Of a DNA stretch of 64,000 bases, positions 27,201 through 40,130 are shown one piece after another. The notes under the pieces were generated by a model that ran no database searches, was not told the origin of the DNA, and saw only the letters and a program-made list of their open reading frames with translations. Both the position numbers and the translations under genes were made by a program. How positions within the stretch are numbered: position 1 is the first letter of the stretch; each line of letters begins with the position of its first letter. Origin of the DNA: Lepidodermella squamata (taxonomy: Eukaryota > Animalia > Gastrotricha); assembly GCA_047495785.1 (NCBI GenBank), contig JBLDXI010000031.1:744001-808000 (forward strand), given 5' to 3'.

Positions 27201-30200
27201 TTGCTGAGTTGTCCCGTTGCAATTGAAACAGATGGCTAATTATTACAAACAATTAAAACAGGTAATTATAATTCTATTGAGGCAAACCTGAGTCGCAAAG
27301 TGAGCCGCTCCAGCCATCCACACATGTACAATTGAAGGGTAGAAGGCATTGCTGGTACTGACCGGTACAGTTCGAACAAACCGCTGTTCGATCGAAGAGA
27401 AAATTACGGAGATTTTATCCTGAAATTTTAGAAACTCACCATTTGTACAGTTCGATCCAGTCCAGCCAGATTTGCACGTGCAGTTTTCCGGCCTCAGGCA
27501 TTGTTGGTTGTCATTGCAGCTCGGGTTCAAGCAAATAGCTAGAAGAATAATAAAACACGTCAGATCGCGTTTTCAATCGGCTATACAGGATAACTACCTA
27601 TGGTGCAACTGGAACCAGTCCAACCCGGTTTGCAAGCGCAGGTGTTGGGGGAAATGCATTGTTGGTTCGGGTTGCATGTGGTACATTGCGCTATTTAACA
27701 ACGAAATATGGAATATCTGAATTATAATTTCGGAAGATGTTACCTGTATTGCAACCAGGGCCAGTCCATCCGGCTTTGCACAGACATATGTTACCGCCTG
27801 GAGTTGACTGACAGTTCTGGTTGGGGCCCCCGCAATTTGCGCAATACACTATTTGGAACTTGAATTTTCTTCGCAACAAGTGTCAAGAAAATATAACTTA
27901 CGAGCAGTGCAATTTTCACCCGTGTAGCCAGCCTTGCATGAGCATACGTTCACGCTATTCACCCGCAAACACACGTAATTCGTACCGTTACAGTTCGCGC
28001 AGAATACTGACCAATCAAACATCAAACTGAATTAACAAATAAAAAATTAAAAAGGAGTTTACGTGAGGAGCAATTGGAGCCAGTCCATTCAGGTTTGCAG
28101 GTGCAGTTGTTAGGCCCCACGCACTGTTGATTCGCGTTGCAGTTGGCACAAATAGCTATTTAAAAAATACATCAGAGCTATTATCTCAAACGAAATCTCG
28201 GACAAATAATCTACGAATATTGCAAGTAGCGCCAGTCCATCCAGGTTTGCAAAGACAAACGTTGCCGCTCTGAGTAGGCTGACAGTACTGGTTGGCACCA
28301 TCGCAATTCGGACAAACAGCTATTAGAGGAAAATTTAAACTTTTCCATAATCTGCATAACGTAAATTTTACTTACAGGTAGTACAATTTTCTCCTGTAAA
28401 TCCCGCTTTGCATGTGCACGCGTTTGTTCCATTAACCGCCGCGCAAACCCTATTCGTTCCAGTGCAGTTCGGGCAGTATGCTGTTCAATCACTTAAAGCA
28501 ATTAGTTAACATGGACTAAACAAATAAGCTTACGTGTGGCGCAATTAGGCCCAATCCAATCCGGCTTGCATGTGCAGTTTTTAGGGCCAACGCATTGCTG
28601 ATTCGCGGTGCAGTTGGTGCAGATAGCTAAAATAACAAAGATGAAATCAAGGGCGAGAATATAATTGCCACCGTGATTAACATACGAGTTTCACATTTCG
28701 TGCCGGTCCAATCCGTATTACAGATGCAGACGTTCGTTGTAGCACTCAGCACAACGCACCGTTGATTTTTGCCATCGCAATCAGGGCAGTATGCTGTCAA
28801 AAAATCAATCAGTCCACTTGCATTTGACTTTTTCAATGTTCGGCTTACGTGTATTGCAATTTGATCCTGTCCAAGTAGGCTTGCAAGTGCAGACCTCCGG
28901 AAGCAGACACTGTTTATTAAACCCAATACAATTTGAGCAGATCGCTATATCGAAACGAAGAATATATCCAGCATTTTATGTTTTTAATCTTACCCGTATC
29001 GCAAAGTGTGCCATTCCACCCGGCTTTGCAACTGCAAACATTGGTGTTATTGGCGAGATTTGTGCAGTTTTGGTTCGGGCCGTTGCAGTTCGGACAGAAT
29101 GCTGCATAGGAAAGACATGCACAATCACTTATTTTGATGTTTCGTTCAAATAAAATCGACTGGTGAGGATAATGATCAAGGTTTTGCTTACGAGTATTGC
29201 AGTCACTTCCAGTCCATAAAGGCTTGCAAGTGCAGTCATCGGGTTGCAGACACAGTTGATTGATATCAGTACAATTTGAGCAAACGGCTGAAAAAAAGCA
29301 CAATAATATATGGGAAGACAGTGAAATTAAAGATTAGGTGGAAAGCAAACGAACGTACCTTCAGTGCAGCCAGGGCCAGTCCATCCCTGGTTGCAGACGC
29401 ATCTACCAGTCGGAAGACACACTTCATTGACGCCTGTGCAGAAGGCGCAACTGGTAAGTGAAGCTGCTTCACCTCTTGGTATTTCTGAATAAAATATTGA
29501 GAGTTGACATTTGGGAAATTCAATCGCAGCGAACCTGTCTTGCAGTCTTCACCTCGCCAGCCGGCTTTGCACGTGCAAACGTTTGGAGCGGCACAGACTT
29601 TGTTGGCGCCACAGTCAAAGCCGCAGATTGCTATCGAAAGAATTCCAATTTCAATATTTCAGAGGAATCAAAAGATCCTAACCAGTTTCGCATCGGCGAC
29701 CTCGGTAACCACGCTGGCAGTCGCATTGCTTTTTGATAAAGTTGTAAGTTCCTCCGTGTTCGCAAGAACTCTAAAGAAATTTGGAAAAAATAAAATAACA
29801 CTTTAATTAACATTTATCACTGAATTCCGAAAATTTGAGAAAATAAAAATGATGCATTATTTTCAATTCAAGAAGAGAACAGTTAGTTCAAAGTTCAACT
29901 CACAGCATCATTCCAGGAAACGAACTTGAGGCATTCGGCGTAGTTTTCGGAGAAATCCTTCGAGGCCGTGAACTCTTTCTTCTGAAATTGAGATTACATA
30001 TTCGACAAATATTGAAATCTTCATGATGTGTAAAAAACTTACGCGTTGCCAGCCCTTTGGGCACTGGTCGTAGCAAGACTTGAAGCCAGATCTCTCGCAG
30101 AGGGCAGCATTCTGTACATCGACATTGAGTAAACATATAATCTACCGAAAATTAAAGATCACGAAACTCACCCATTTCAAACAGCTGGCCTTATTAATGA

Positions 30201-31120
30201 ACTCTCGGGGCGAGTAGATGGAAGTTTCCGTGAATTCATCGCAGTGAAGCTGGCAGCCTGCGAACTCTCGTTTTTCTCGGCTGAAGCATCGAACATGAAC
30301 CATTTCGTCATCGGGTACGCTAACTGAAAAGCAAAATAATTACGAGATCTTGCTTTTAATTTGTTAATGAGCCTACTGTCATCGGCTGAGCAATCAGTTA
30401 AGCCACGGAAAACTTGCCCAGGTCGCTTTAACAAAAAATTTAAAAAAAACCAAGAATATTTAGTAAAGCTTACTGCGCCTTCTGGACAGCGGAATTCACT
30501 CGGGACGCAGGTAACCAATTTTCCTGATTTCAGACATCTCTTGAAAGGTTGATCCTGAAATAATGAAAGTTTAGCATGTGATGATGTTCAAGCAGCATCA
30601 ACTCACTGCGAAATCGGCTGAGGCCTCCTCGCAGTCTTCCCAGTTGTTCTTCAACGTAAAGCGGCCATCAAAGACATCGAGCTATAGAGCGAAGAATCAG
30701 CAAAGCATTGGAAAACGAAACTGCAATATAATCTCACTTCTATCTCGTCGTCGCGACAAATTGTTTCTTCTTGGCGGCAAATCGGAGTGAGTGCTTCAAA
30801 TTTGTAGCAGATTTTCGCCGCCTGTGAATGAAAAGCAATGAAACAAATTTAAAGGGTCAAAAAATGGACTCACTCCATAATCACAAATTTTAATATCCGA
30901 ATAACTAGGGCCACGCTAAAATAGAAAACAAAACTGAATATTTTAAGGGTGAAAAAGGCATATTTACCTGGAATTCCTGTAAAACTGCGCAGCCATTAGT
31001 TTGTTTTCGGCACCGGCCGAATTTGTTGTCGTATTGCGAGAAGCACCTTATCCAAATATCGCTATTGACACCATAAGCAGATAGAGAAGCCACGAGAAAC
31101 ATAATCTCGAGGCCAAACAT
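24254..31120 (-). CDS. Secreted EGF-repeat / C-type lectin multidomain protein, copy C (multi-exon)
   Basis: Paralogue of A and B; start MFGLEIMFLVASLSAYGVNS; about 18 EGF exons; same terminal exon. Confidence 0.85.
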
Positions 31121-31784
31121 GGTTCGGGCTGAGAAATCAGAAATAAATTAAGCCAGTAGCTGAGCAAAAATTGAATTAAATGAAATTTGTCGCTGGAAGT
31201 TGATTTATATAAGCGCTATGGTTGTTTAACCTCATTGCTGCGCGCGTGTGCTATGACACAGATATAAATTTTGTGACACTATAATGGCGCTTTTTATCAA
31301 AACACAATGAAAGCGGTGTGGAGCCAAGAATATAGCACGTCTTTGATTTTCCGCTCAAAATTAGCAGGTTCCAGATCAGGGTTAAACGGAAACAATGAAA
31401 TATAATTCGGTGCGTGCCATTATTTACACTGGATTTAGAAGATGAGTTTAACCTGAAATAATACCATTTTGTTTTGAATTTTGAATAAAATATCAATAAG
31501 AAGTAGGACGTGATATTATATTATTGTAGTATTTTTAATTGTTCTAGCTTGGAGACCTCGATGCCGCATTTACAAAAACAGACCATAAGCCAATTCGAAT
31601 TTGCAATAGCTTCGATGTATATGCTGTGTTTAGCCGTCAATTTATCAGGATAATATTCAGCAGAAGCTTTCGATGGTGTATTCAATTCAATGCTTCCAAT
31701 CTATGCCACTGATCTTCTATTTATCACTGAACAAGCTCTGCAAACAAAAACTCTGGAAAATAGAACTTTCAGACATATTATAAA

Positions 31785-32585
31785 ACACCTTTTTTCCTTT
31801 GCAATTTCATTATTTTTATTAAAGAAAAACGCGTTTATTTTCTCATGATCATCAGCGTATTCATTTTCTTACTTTAATCTACCTAAGAATTTACTTGATC
31901 TTCGAAGGTTCGCTGTATGCGAATACGAAACCCGAATGGGATGAATTATATATCAAATTGAAGCTAGATATACAATCTTTTCAAATATGCGATCAGATCG
32001 GCAAACTCATTATTTGTTTCACAGAAACTAAGCAATAAGTAGAATGAACTGCAAAGATGTTTTCCTTGGATAGTTTTTATATTTTATAGGTATATCCCTC
32101 CTCCCCAAAAATGATTAGAACAATCAGGCGAAGGTGATATCTCGAGTAGAAGCGATAGAACCTCAAAAAATTTGGCTTTAGTAGCATTCTGGGCAATAGC
32201 TTACGCGGGTGCTGAGGTAGTTTTCACAAATATTGCTTTGGTTTCATCATGAAATGATGAAATTAGCGAAGACTAAGTAATAGAATAGTTCCTTAGTAGT
32301 TATTTGTTAAAAATAAACATAATTGTTGGTAAAATCAGAAGAAACTTTCCGAACAACAAGTCGGCTAAAACGTTGAATACCTTCAAGAACAAAATGGCAT
32401 CCACTATTTTAATATCACAGCTAGATCCCAGTCGAACGCCGGTCATCTCACCATGAGCTATTTTCGAAATAACGAATACGGGGCCTGTGTTAGCTCACCG
32501 TTAGGTCGTACGTTGGCCGAACTACCACGTCACCAACTACTCACTTACTACTAACCGTGATGCGACGGCGATGTAACCATTATTA
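31785..32585 (+). repeat. Dispersed repeat copy, inverted relative to 57665-58031
   Basis: 31785-31968 is the near-exact reverse complement of 57839-58031; 32420-32580 partly matches 57665-57830. Confidence 0.75.
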
Positions 32586-34308
32586 AGAGACGCTTTTCTT
32601 GTAGTTTTCACTATTTATTAAATCAAAAATGAACACAGTCACATGCGAGCATGAAATAGTTAGCGAAAATTCAGAGTTGGCGCATAATTAGCCATAGATG
32701 AAAGGTAGAAGGCGCATCGATAGAGCGAAAAAATGGCGTAAGTAGATATTGAGAAATCATTATAAAAATCACACTGCATTACTTCAGCAAAGAAATAGAT
32801 AAAGGGTAATATCACTAAAAAACATTAATCATTGCCAAATCTTCACCGTCTTTGTCGCTTTCGCCTGTGCTGCTTTGATCACCTTCCTCGCCGTTGCCTT
32901 CTTCTCTGTATTCTTGCCATAGCGATACACATCTTGAAACGGGTTACCCGATTGCTCTTGGCTGCTCCACTTGTCGCGACTAGTGCTATCTCGTAGTTTC
33001 CATCACAAACCCAAAATGTCCTCGGCGGCTCGGAAAGTTGTCATAATTCGAAGCATCTGTGTGAAAAATACTCAAGTCAACGAAAATAACACGATAAAGC
33101 GTAATGCTTACCATGATAATAAGCAATGGGCTGGGGCTAAAGGTCCGAACAATCCGCCCCAAAATTGGAATCTCAAACCGAATGCTTTCTCGAACTTTCT
33201 TCTTCACAGACCCTGTCAAGGCAATAATAGATACACAAAAATGAACTTTGAGTTTCCACTTACCTGAACGAGCGTCGTCGATCTCATGCTAGACAAAGAG
33301 CCATCGAAACTTGAAACCGTTGAAAATTCATTGAGTTCCTAGCTGAAATACTATTAATTTCATCCGCTTTGGCGACAGCTAAAATTACCTTCAAAACCAT
33401 TATTGCTCTTAGCCTGGCACATTCTTCAGAAAACGGACGATTAATATCTATAGCAGGAAATTGAAATAAAAATTTTACAACTAAACATCAAAAAATCTTA
33501 AATCGCTGACGACAGATAAGAATAATTGAAATATCAAGACTTCAGCTTTCTAGTTAGCAAACGTTATTATGAATGACGACGACTACCGTATTTAGTAATA
33601 ATGAACGGCGTGGCTTGTCAGTGTGGCTGGTGTGCGCGCGTGCCTTGCTATTATTACCCCTAATAATGCGAACCGCCGACCCAAAAATGCGTTGAGGCCG
33701 TGGCACATTTCAAATCTAAACCGGCGTGGCAGTTACTGCAAGGCTCGCCAAAGCCTAGTAGGACGACTAAATTTGCGGCGATAATAAATTAAGTTTTTGA
33801 AAAAAATCCACGAGTTGAGCCTGCGAATGTCCTGGCAGTTGACAAAAATAAGCATTTTTCCTTGAGAAAACACGAACTAATTGTAAAAATTAAGGTGGAT
33901 GTTTTTAGATTTTTTACGAAATTAAGTTTGCGTTGAGGTTTTATTCCGGCGAGACAGAATCGCCTTTTGTTGTTGAATTAAATGAGACTTGACGAAAAAT
34001 CAGCTGAGTAGAATTTTGAAAGGCATTATATACTACATTTCATGCTGTCGATCAGAATAATGCTGAATTTCGATAAAACATACGTCGCTGAGTTCAACGG
34101 ACCAAATTTTAGCGGACCAGTGTTTCGGACTAGGTCGGAGGTGTGCCATATGATTAGTCGATTCCCCATGAAAAGTGCCATCCAATGACCTACTATGCAC
34201 ACCTGAGCTATTTAGCCTCACTCTGGCGGTTGCAAACATCCAAGTACTACAACTTGATTTGGTCCGCTAAATTGGGTCCGCCGAGTTCAACAAAGCCGGG
34301 GTTTTTGG

Positions 34309-34595
34309 AGTAGTGCCTATGTGCCGGTACCAAAACAGTGGGGCCGATATACGCACTTTTTTAAAAATTGAAATGACAAATGTGGAAAATTGAGAAATTG
34401 AAAAATTAAAAATTGATTTTAAAATTTAGAAAATTTGAGAATGAAAAAAATAGTTAATTAATTTGAAGGAAATTAAGAGAGATGCTTAGTTAATTGGTAA
34501 TTTTGAGAAGAAATGGTAAGTAGAGGCGCGTTTCTAAAACGGAAAAATATATTGGGTATAGGGTGTGCATTAAAGGGTAAGAGGCGAGCGATTGG
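34309..34595 (+). repeat. Left terminal inverted repeat (287 bp)
   Basis: Reverse complement of 56600-56886; no mismatch found by eye. Confidence 0.95.
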
Positions 34596-34973
34596 CCTGA
34601 TTCATCAAATGAAATCTTTGCAGCTATCTCTGATTCATGCTGAAGCGCTGGTACATGTCCAATGAATGATAAATTGAAAGTACAGCAGACTATTCAAAAT
34701 TATCGGCATGTCAAAAGAGCTATACGGTGAATCAGTTTGTCTATCTTGCTCGGGGAATTCAATGGTCCTTTTCATTTCTAGGTAGCGCAGTCGCTTCATT
34801 TTTTACTGTCATATCATCATTTTCCTTATAATACTTTTTTTCTTGAGCGAAAAAAGTGAGTTGAAATTTGACACAGAAAAGAAATAACTACAGATGAGAT
34901 AACATTTGAGATAGCGATGCAACACCCTAACTGCGTATGGCGACCTAATGGCTGCATCAATGGTTACATCCGC

Positions 34974-35090
34974 CACGATTGGCCGCCTGGACCAATTACT
35001 CGGACCGATTGGCCGCCTGGACCAATTACTCGACACGATTGGCCGCATGGACCAATTACTCGACCGGGCTGGCCGCCTGGAGGACCTTGG
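34974..35090 (+). repeat. 30-bp tandem repeat, about 3.5 units
   Basis: CGATTGGCCGCCTGGACCAATTACTCG units repeated with period 30. Confidence 0.9.
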
Positions 35091-36480
35091 ACGGGACCTC
35101 GGTACTAACAGTGAATGCGACGAAGCAGTTAAAATAACTTGTTCCTAACCTTCCACATACCGCATTACCGTTTTATCGATTGCTAGCCAGCTTAACTGAC
35201 AGCATCACCATCTTAACAATTTGTTCAAACACTAGAAAAAGCAACGTTTCTCCACGATGAGATGATGGTTAACCTTTGGAAATTAAAATAGCCATGGTAA
35301 CCCTACTTAATGTAGAGGCCCCTTTATTTTTCCGAATAAGTAAATGAAACTAATTTATGCCGAATAATTATTTATTAGGTGAATTAATATAAATATAGTT
35401 GGCCAATGAGTGGCTGCCCAGGCGCGTGGACAGGTCCAGCACGTGGAGGAGGGAATTACGCCGCAAATCATTGCTGGCGGCGAACTAATGGCAATCTGAT
35501 GATATGCACTAAATGTGGCGCAGCGTTCGAAAGAAAATACTAGCCAGCACTTGCCGAGCTAAATGATTTCGAGCTGGTTGAATTGATGTCATAACTCTGA
35601 TTTCTCAGTTGTCCTTCTTTCCAGCTTCTAATATCGTGATTAACCTAAAATACATTTTTTATTGGTGACCAACTCATATCTCCATCGTTTAGTTGAGCTA
35701 CGTGAAAATGCTAATCCTTCGTGCAGAATAAAAACGACCCCGCATTCCTACTGGCATTTTTGGAGTTCCGAAACCTTGTCTTCGCCCAGGCGGGCACTTT
35801 ATTTTAAACAAGAATTTCTGAATTTAATTGGCTGAATACAAAATTGTACCAACTCAAACATCAGTTCAAAGGATCTGTAACCCAAACAAGGCTCCTTTGT
35901 CTAGGGAATGCTCCAGAAAACAGGGCTCGAGCGCCTAGTAACGACCCAGCGGCAACGTGGGTAAAAAGAAAACCGTAACTAAGACGTTTTTTTCCGCAGG
36001 AAAGGATTCTGTCTTGAGGCTAAAGGTTTGGCTGACGGCAATTTCGGTTATTTATTTCATTGATTTCGCGACTTTGGGACAGAATAACACATGAAACAGT
36101 TTCACTGGCATTACACAAGGAACCGAGAACATTCTCATGAGTCAGTTTTGATGTCGATAAGCAGCACCCGAGTTAAGACACTGTTGCTAAGATACCTATT
36201 ATTTCATCCCTGAATGAGCGCAAATGAGTTTTGTGATCTCGACCCCTTGAAAGGTGAATCGTCCGCTCCTTTGGAATGAAGATTCGTTACACAATGGGCG
36301 GCGTAACGTGAATGGTATAGATTCGTCGCTATTGACCATTGAGATCCCATGCACGCACCTGTAAGTTAACAGTCGCATCTATCCATTGAAAGCTAATGAA
36401 AGGCAAGTAGTCCACTTTTATAAATCGCTCAAATATCTTGCCATACTTGCTTGCTTGCATCTTATATTGCTAGCATTGTG

Positions 36481-37364
36481 ATGGCCGCCTCCAGTTGTAC
36501 GGACAATTATTATTCCAGAAACACAGGAATCATATCGATGCAATACGGTAAGGAATGGGATAAGCAAGGTCGAGATAATCATGCACCGCATTTGAGCTGT
36601 CTATTTCTGGGGTCTGATAAACGGCAAGATCAAGCGAGATTTTTCAGCCGATTACAACGAGATTTTTTGAGAAATTTTGAAATTAAAATCGTCCCAGCTT
36701 ATGGTACATTACTGGGTAAGGATTTATTTGACGATTAGAATCATGCGAAAATTGATATTTATGTGATGAAAGGTTTCATGAGAGAAGGGGATATTATCCC
36801 CTTCGATGACGACATTGATTTATTTGTCACGAATGCCCAATTCGACTATTTGATGAAGGAGTACGAGCAAGGTGAGGATATCAAAGACGAAGACGAAAAA
36901 AGAAGGGTCAGAATCCAAGGTAGTGCAGGCAAAATGGACACATGGGTACTTGGAATTGTAAGAGACGGTTGCAACAACATTACACAAATTTCTGTGCACC
37001 AATGGAAGAACAAATTTCTGCAGTGGCCGTTTGCTGAATTCTTTCTTGATGAGCGATTCGACGTATTCTTATGAATTCTGAGATGTGCATGCTCCCATTC
37101 AGTTCATTTTTGCAGGGCCAAACTAAACTGACGGAGAAATCCGTGCAGCTCAAGGCGGACTCTAATCGAGAACTCATGTATTATCTGCCCGAGTTCTGGC
37201 AGGAGTGCCTTGTGGAAAATTATGGTAATAATTGGCAAACCGAAGTAAAAATTGACCGCGGACACAGGCGAGACCACAACAAAATGTTATCGACATCAGT
37301 AAACTGTTATTATGATTTTTATTCAGGATTATTTTTGCGGCGCGATGAAATTGTGGATGAATGA
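36481..37364 (+). CDS. LicD / fukutin-related nucleotidyltransferase-fold protein, spliced (introns 36716-36772 and 37063-37115); 5' end uncertain
   Basis: Splicing gives PAYGTLLG-FMREGDIIPFDDDIDL (LicD signature) and ..ERFD-GQTK..LVENYGNNWQT (C-terminal YG.xW motif). Both introns are GT-AG and restore the frame. Confidence 0.8.
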
Positions 37365-37644
37365 GCTTTTGCTATACCTAAGATACAGTTTTAACCAAAC
37401 AGCAGTTAACGCACAAATTTCACCCGCTTATTCCTCTACACCTTTACTTGCCATTTGCGCAACATTTGAGTTCCGCGTTTTGCTGTCACATGGAACGCAT
37501 TGAAACCCATCCTCGATCCTCGTATAAAAAGCGATTTACAGAAATGATACGTATGTCAACATATGTCCCACATGTTGTGCCGGCCCATGTTGTGCGACTT
37601 TACTAGCCACTTTACACGCATTTCCATGTAAAATTCAGCATTTT

Positions 37645-38065
37645 TCAACGACCTATGTTGAAGAAAAAAGTTGTTAGGAATCCAATGAGTCACACATCTA
37701 TCGATAGCCTGTAATTTGAAAATTGATTTGAGTCGAGTGGATTTCCGAAAAAAAAACAACTCGAAATGATATTTTAAGCAATAAAGACCACTATTTTCGC
37801 GCATTTTTCGATTTTTAAACGACCCATGTTGAAGAAAAAAGTTGTTAGGAATCCAATGAGTCATATATCATTTGTTAGCCTGTAATGCGTATATTGCTTC
37901 GAGTCGAGTGGATTTTTTGATTTCCCAACTTGAAATAGGAAATCACACCATCGAAAACGGTGTTTTTATGAGTTTTTTCGATTTTTCCATTATTCTTACG
38001 GCCTGCGTAGAAGACAAATAAAACTATAACTAATACAACGAGTCATATTTCATTCGATAGCCCTG
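37645..38065 (+). repeat. Degenerate ~170-bp direct repeat, probable DNA-transposon remnant
   Basis: ATGTTGAAGAAAAAAGTTGTTAGGAATCCAATGAGTCA occurs at ~37656 and ~37827, with a third degenerate unit near 38040. Confidence 0.6.
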
Positions 38066-38177
38066 AAATGTGCAAATCATTTTTGAGTAGATTTTGAGAT
38101 GTGGCAACAGTATTGCATATTTATAAATATTATCGCAATATTTAGTTCGAGTAAAAACGAAGCAGTGACGATTTTTT

Positions 38178-39129
38178 ATTAAAACTTGAATGCGAAGTTT
38201 CCAGCTAAAATACTTTTCAATCTCTCACCTCTCTCATTTAATCGAAGCGCACTCAATCACCCATTCAAGTAATTCACCAATTTTTCAAATTTTTACACAG
38301 TTTCTTTCGTTGGTTTCGACTTACGTGTCATAAAATGTTTTACGGTTTCTTTACAAATGCTCACATCAATTTGTTTGAAAGTATACACTGCTGCGTCAAT
38401 TATCCGATCGTCGCTCAGATCAGAAAAGTAGCTTTTGATTCGATTAACAAGTTCATCTCGCCTTTTTTGTTGTGGATTCAGCAGGAAATCATCATTCTAA
38501 AATGGAAATGAAACAGTGACAAAGAAGTAAACAAGGAGAAATTCACCTTGAGGGATAGCGACTTCAGATCTTTGACAGGATTATCGGGAACAAGAAACGC
38601 AGACGATGCGTTGTTCGGTAATGGAGTGTCAATCTAAAAAAGACGAAAGTCAACGATCAATAAATTTTATCATTTTACTGACAATTACAGTGTTAAGTGT
38701 TGACGATTTCGCTGAAAATGATCGAGCGCCATTAGCTGAGTGCCGGAGTGACGGAGTGCCCTCCATGGAAAAAGATGACGAAGTAGAATTGAGTTCACCA
38801 GCTGCGAATTCCATCTCAGATGGATCGCTTAAAGTTAAGCTCAGCATTGCGTCTTCAAGCTTTGTCGTCAAAGGCAGCTTCGGTTTGGGTACTAGGTGGA
38901 GAACAATACGATCATCGTCAGCAGCTTTCACTACCGCATCAAGGTCTTCCTCTTCGAGAATGATGAAGACATGCTTACCGTCCTTCAACGCTAGTTCCGC
39001 TTCTTTACCCAAAGCTTTCCCGAAGAACTTGCGGATTTTTATATTCAGACGTTCGATATTGCTAACACCTTCTTCGTAGTGGGCAAGAACCGCAATCTTG
39101 CTGTCTCCTGCGACGATCTTCAGCAACAT
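38178..39129 (-). CDS. Three-exon hypothetical gene (PB1-like N-terminus, HTH-like C-terminus); last exon has early stops
   Basis: Exon 1 MLLKIVAGDSKIAV..ELALKDGKHVFIILEEEDLDAVV; GT-AG introns lead to IDTPLPNN..SLK and NDDFLLNP..ICKETVKHFMTRKSKPTKETV*. Domain calls are by eye only. Confidence 0.5.
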
Positions 39130-39448
39130 ATCAAAAATTCTGTGGAAAATATGATTGATCATTGGAAAACAAGTGATAAAAAATAGAATTAAATAATAAA
39201 TGTATGCCCGAAAGACTTATTGCATTCATGATTTTCAAAAAAGTGAAGAACTTGAGTATTATCCACAAATATACGAAAGAAGAAATTCATCTATCACTGC
39301 AATATTACTCTGAGAAAAAATCTAGCTCAACAGAAGACAAAGCTGGTATAATCCGTGGCACGAAACAACACAAAAAAGAACAAAGTAGGCCAACACGCCG
39401 CCCAGTGCGAGGTCCATTGCTCATCAATAAAAAATAACTTATTTTTTA

Positions 39449-39962
39449 AAGCACGTGGTAGACATGTCGAGGACAGGAATAGCTCATTAACAGTATCGTC
39501 AACAGGCAGATAAACAATGTTTTCTGGGTCAACTCAAATTGAAGCCTCTAGAAAAAGGAGTAATCCAGGACAAAACGCACGTGCCTGACATGCCGAAGCG
39601 ACGGGCATAACGATCAACGACAATTTTTTTCTGGGTCAACTCTCTGAGCACATGGCATAGAAGCCTCTAGAAAAGGAGCAAACCAGGGATAAAAGCACGT
39701 GGTAGACATGTCGGGGACAGGAATAGCTCATTAACAGTATCGTCAACAGGCAGATAAACAATGTTTTCTGGGTCAACTCAAATTGAAGCCTCTAGAAAAA
39801 GGAGCAATCCAGGACAAAACGCACGTGCCTGACATGCCGAAGCGACGGGCATAACGATCAACGACAATTTTTTTCTGGGTCAACTCTCTGAGCACATGGC
39901 ATAGAAGCCTCTAGAAAATTCCGGACGAAAAGCACGTGGCTGACATGCCGCAGGGACGGGCT
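39449..39962. repeat. 244-bp tandem duplication built of ~120-bp subunits, each with a CACGTG-NNN-GACATG core
   Basis: CACGTG at 39452, 39578, 39696, 39822 and 39933, each followed 3 nt later by GACATG. Confidence 0.9.
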
Positions 39963-40130
39963 TGGCTCATAGACAGCCTCATTCGCTCGTTTTGCATTTT
40001 AAAAGGCACGTTGTTTTCTAGTTTTATTGCAATCGTCGCGCCGGCGCGTAACGAGCCAACGTTTTCCTATATTTTCCATTTGCCTGACCCTCTCATATCA
40101 TTTTTGTTTTTTCTCTAGATAGTTGTTGAA

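Noticed and set aside
32820-33460. Possible spliced gene on the minus strand
   Set aside because: Splice-like sites are present but there is no recognisable domain, there are in-frame stops and no clear start.
35190-35235. Short similarity (CACCATCTTAAC..TTTG) to 772-800 outside the Polinton
   Set aside because: Only about 20 bp; not enough to claim host DNA capture.
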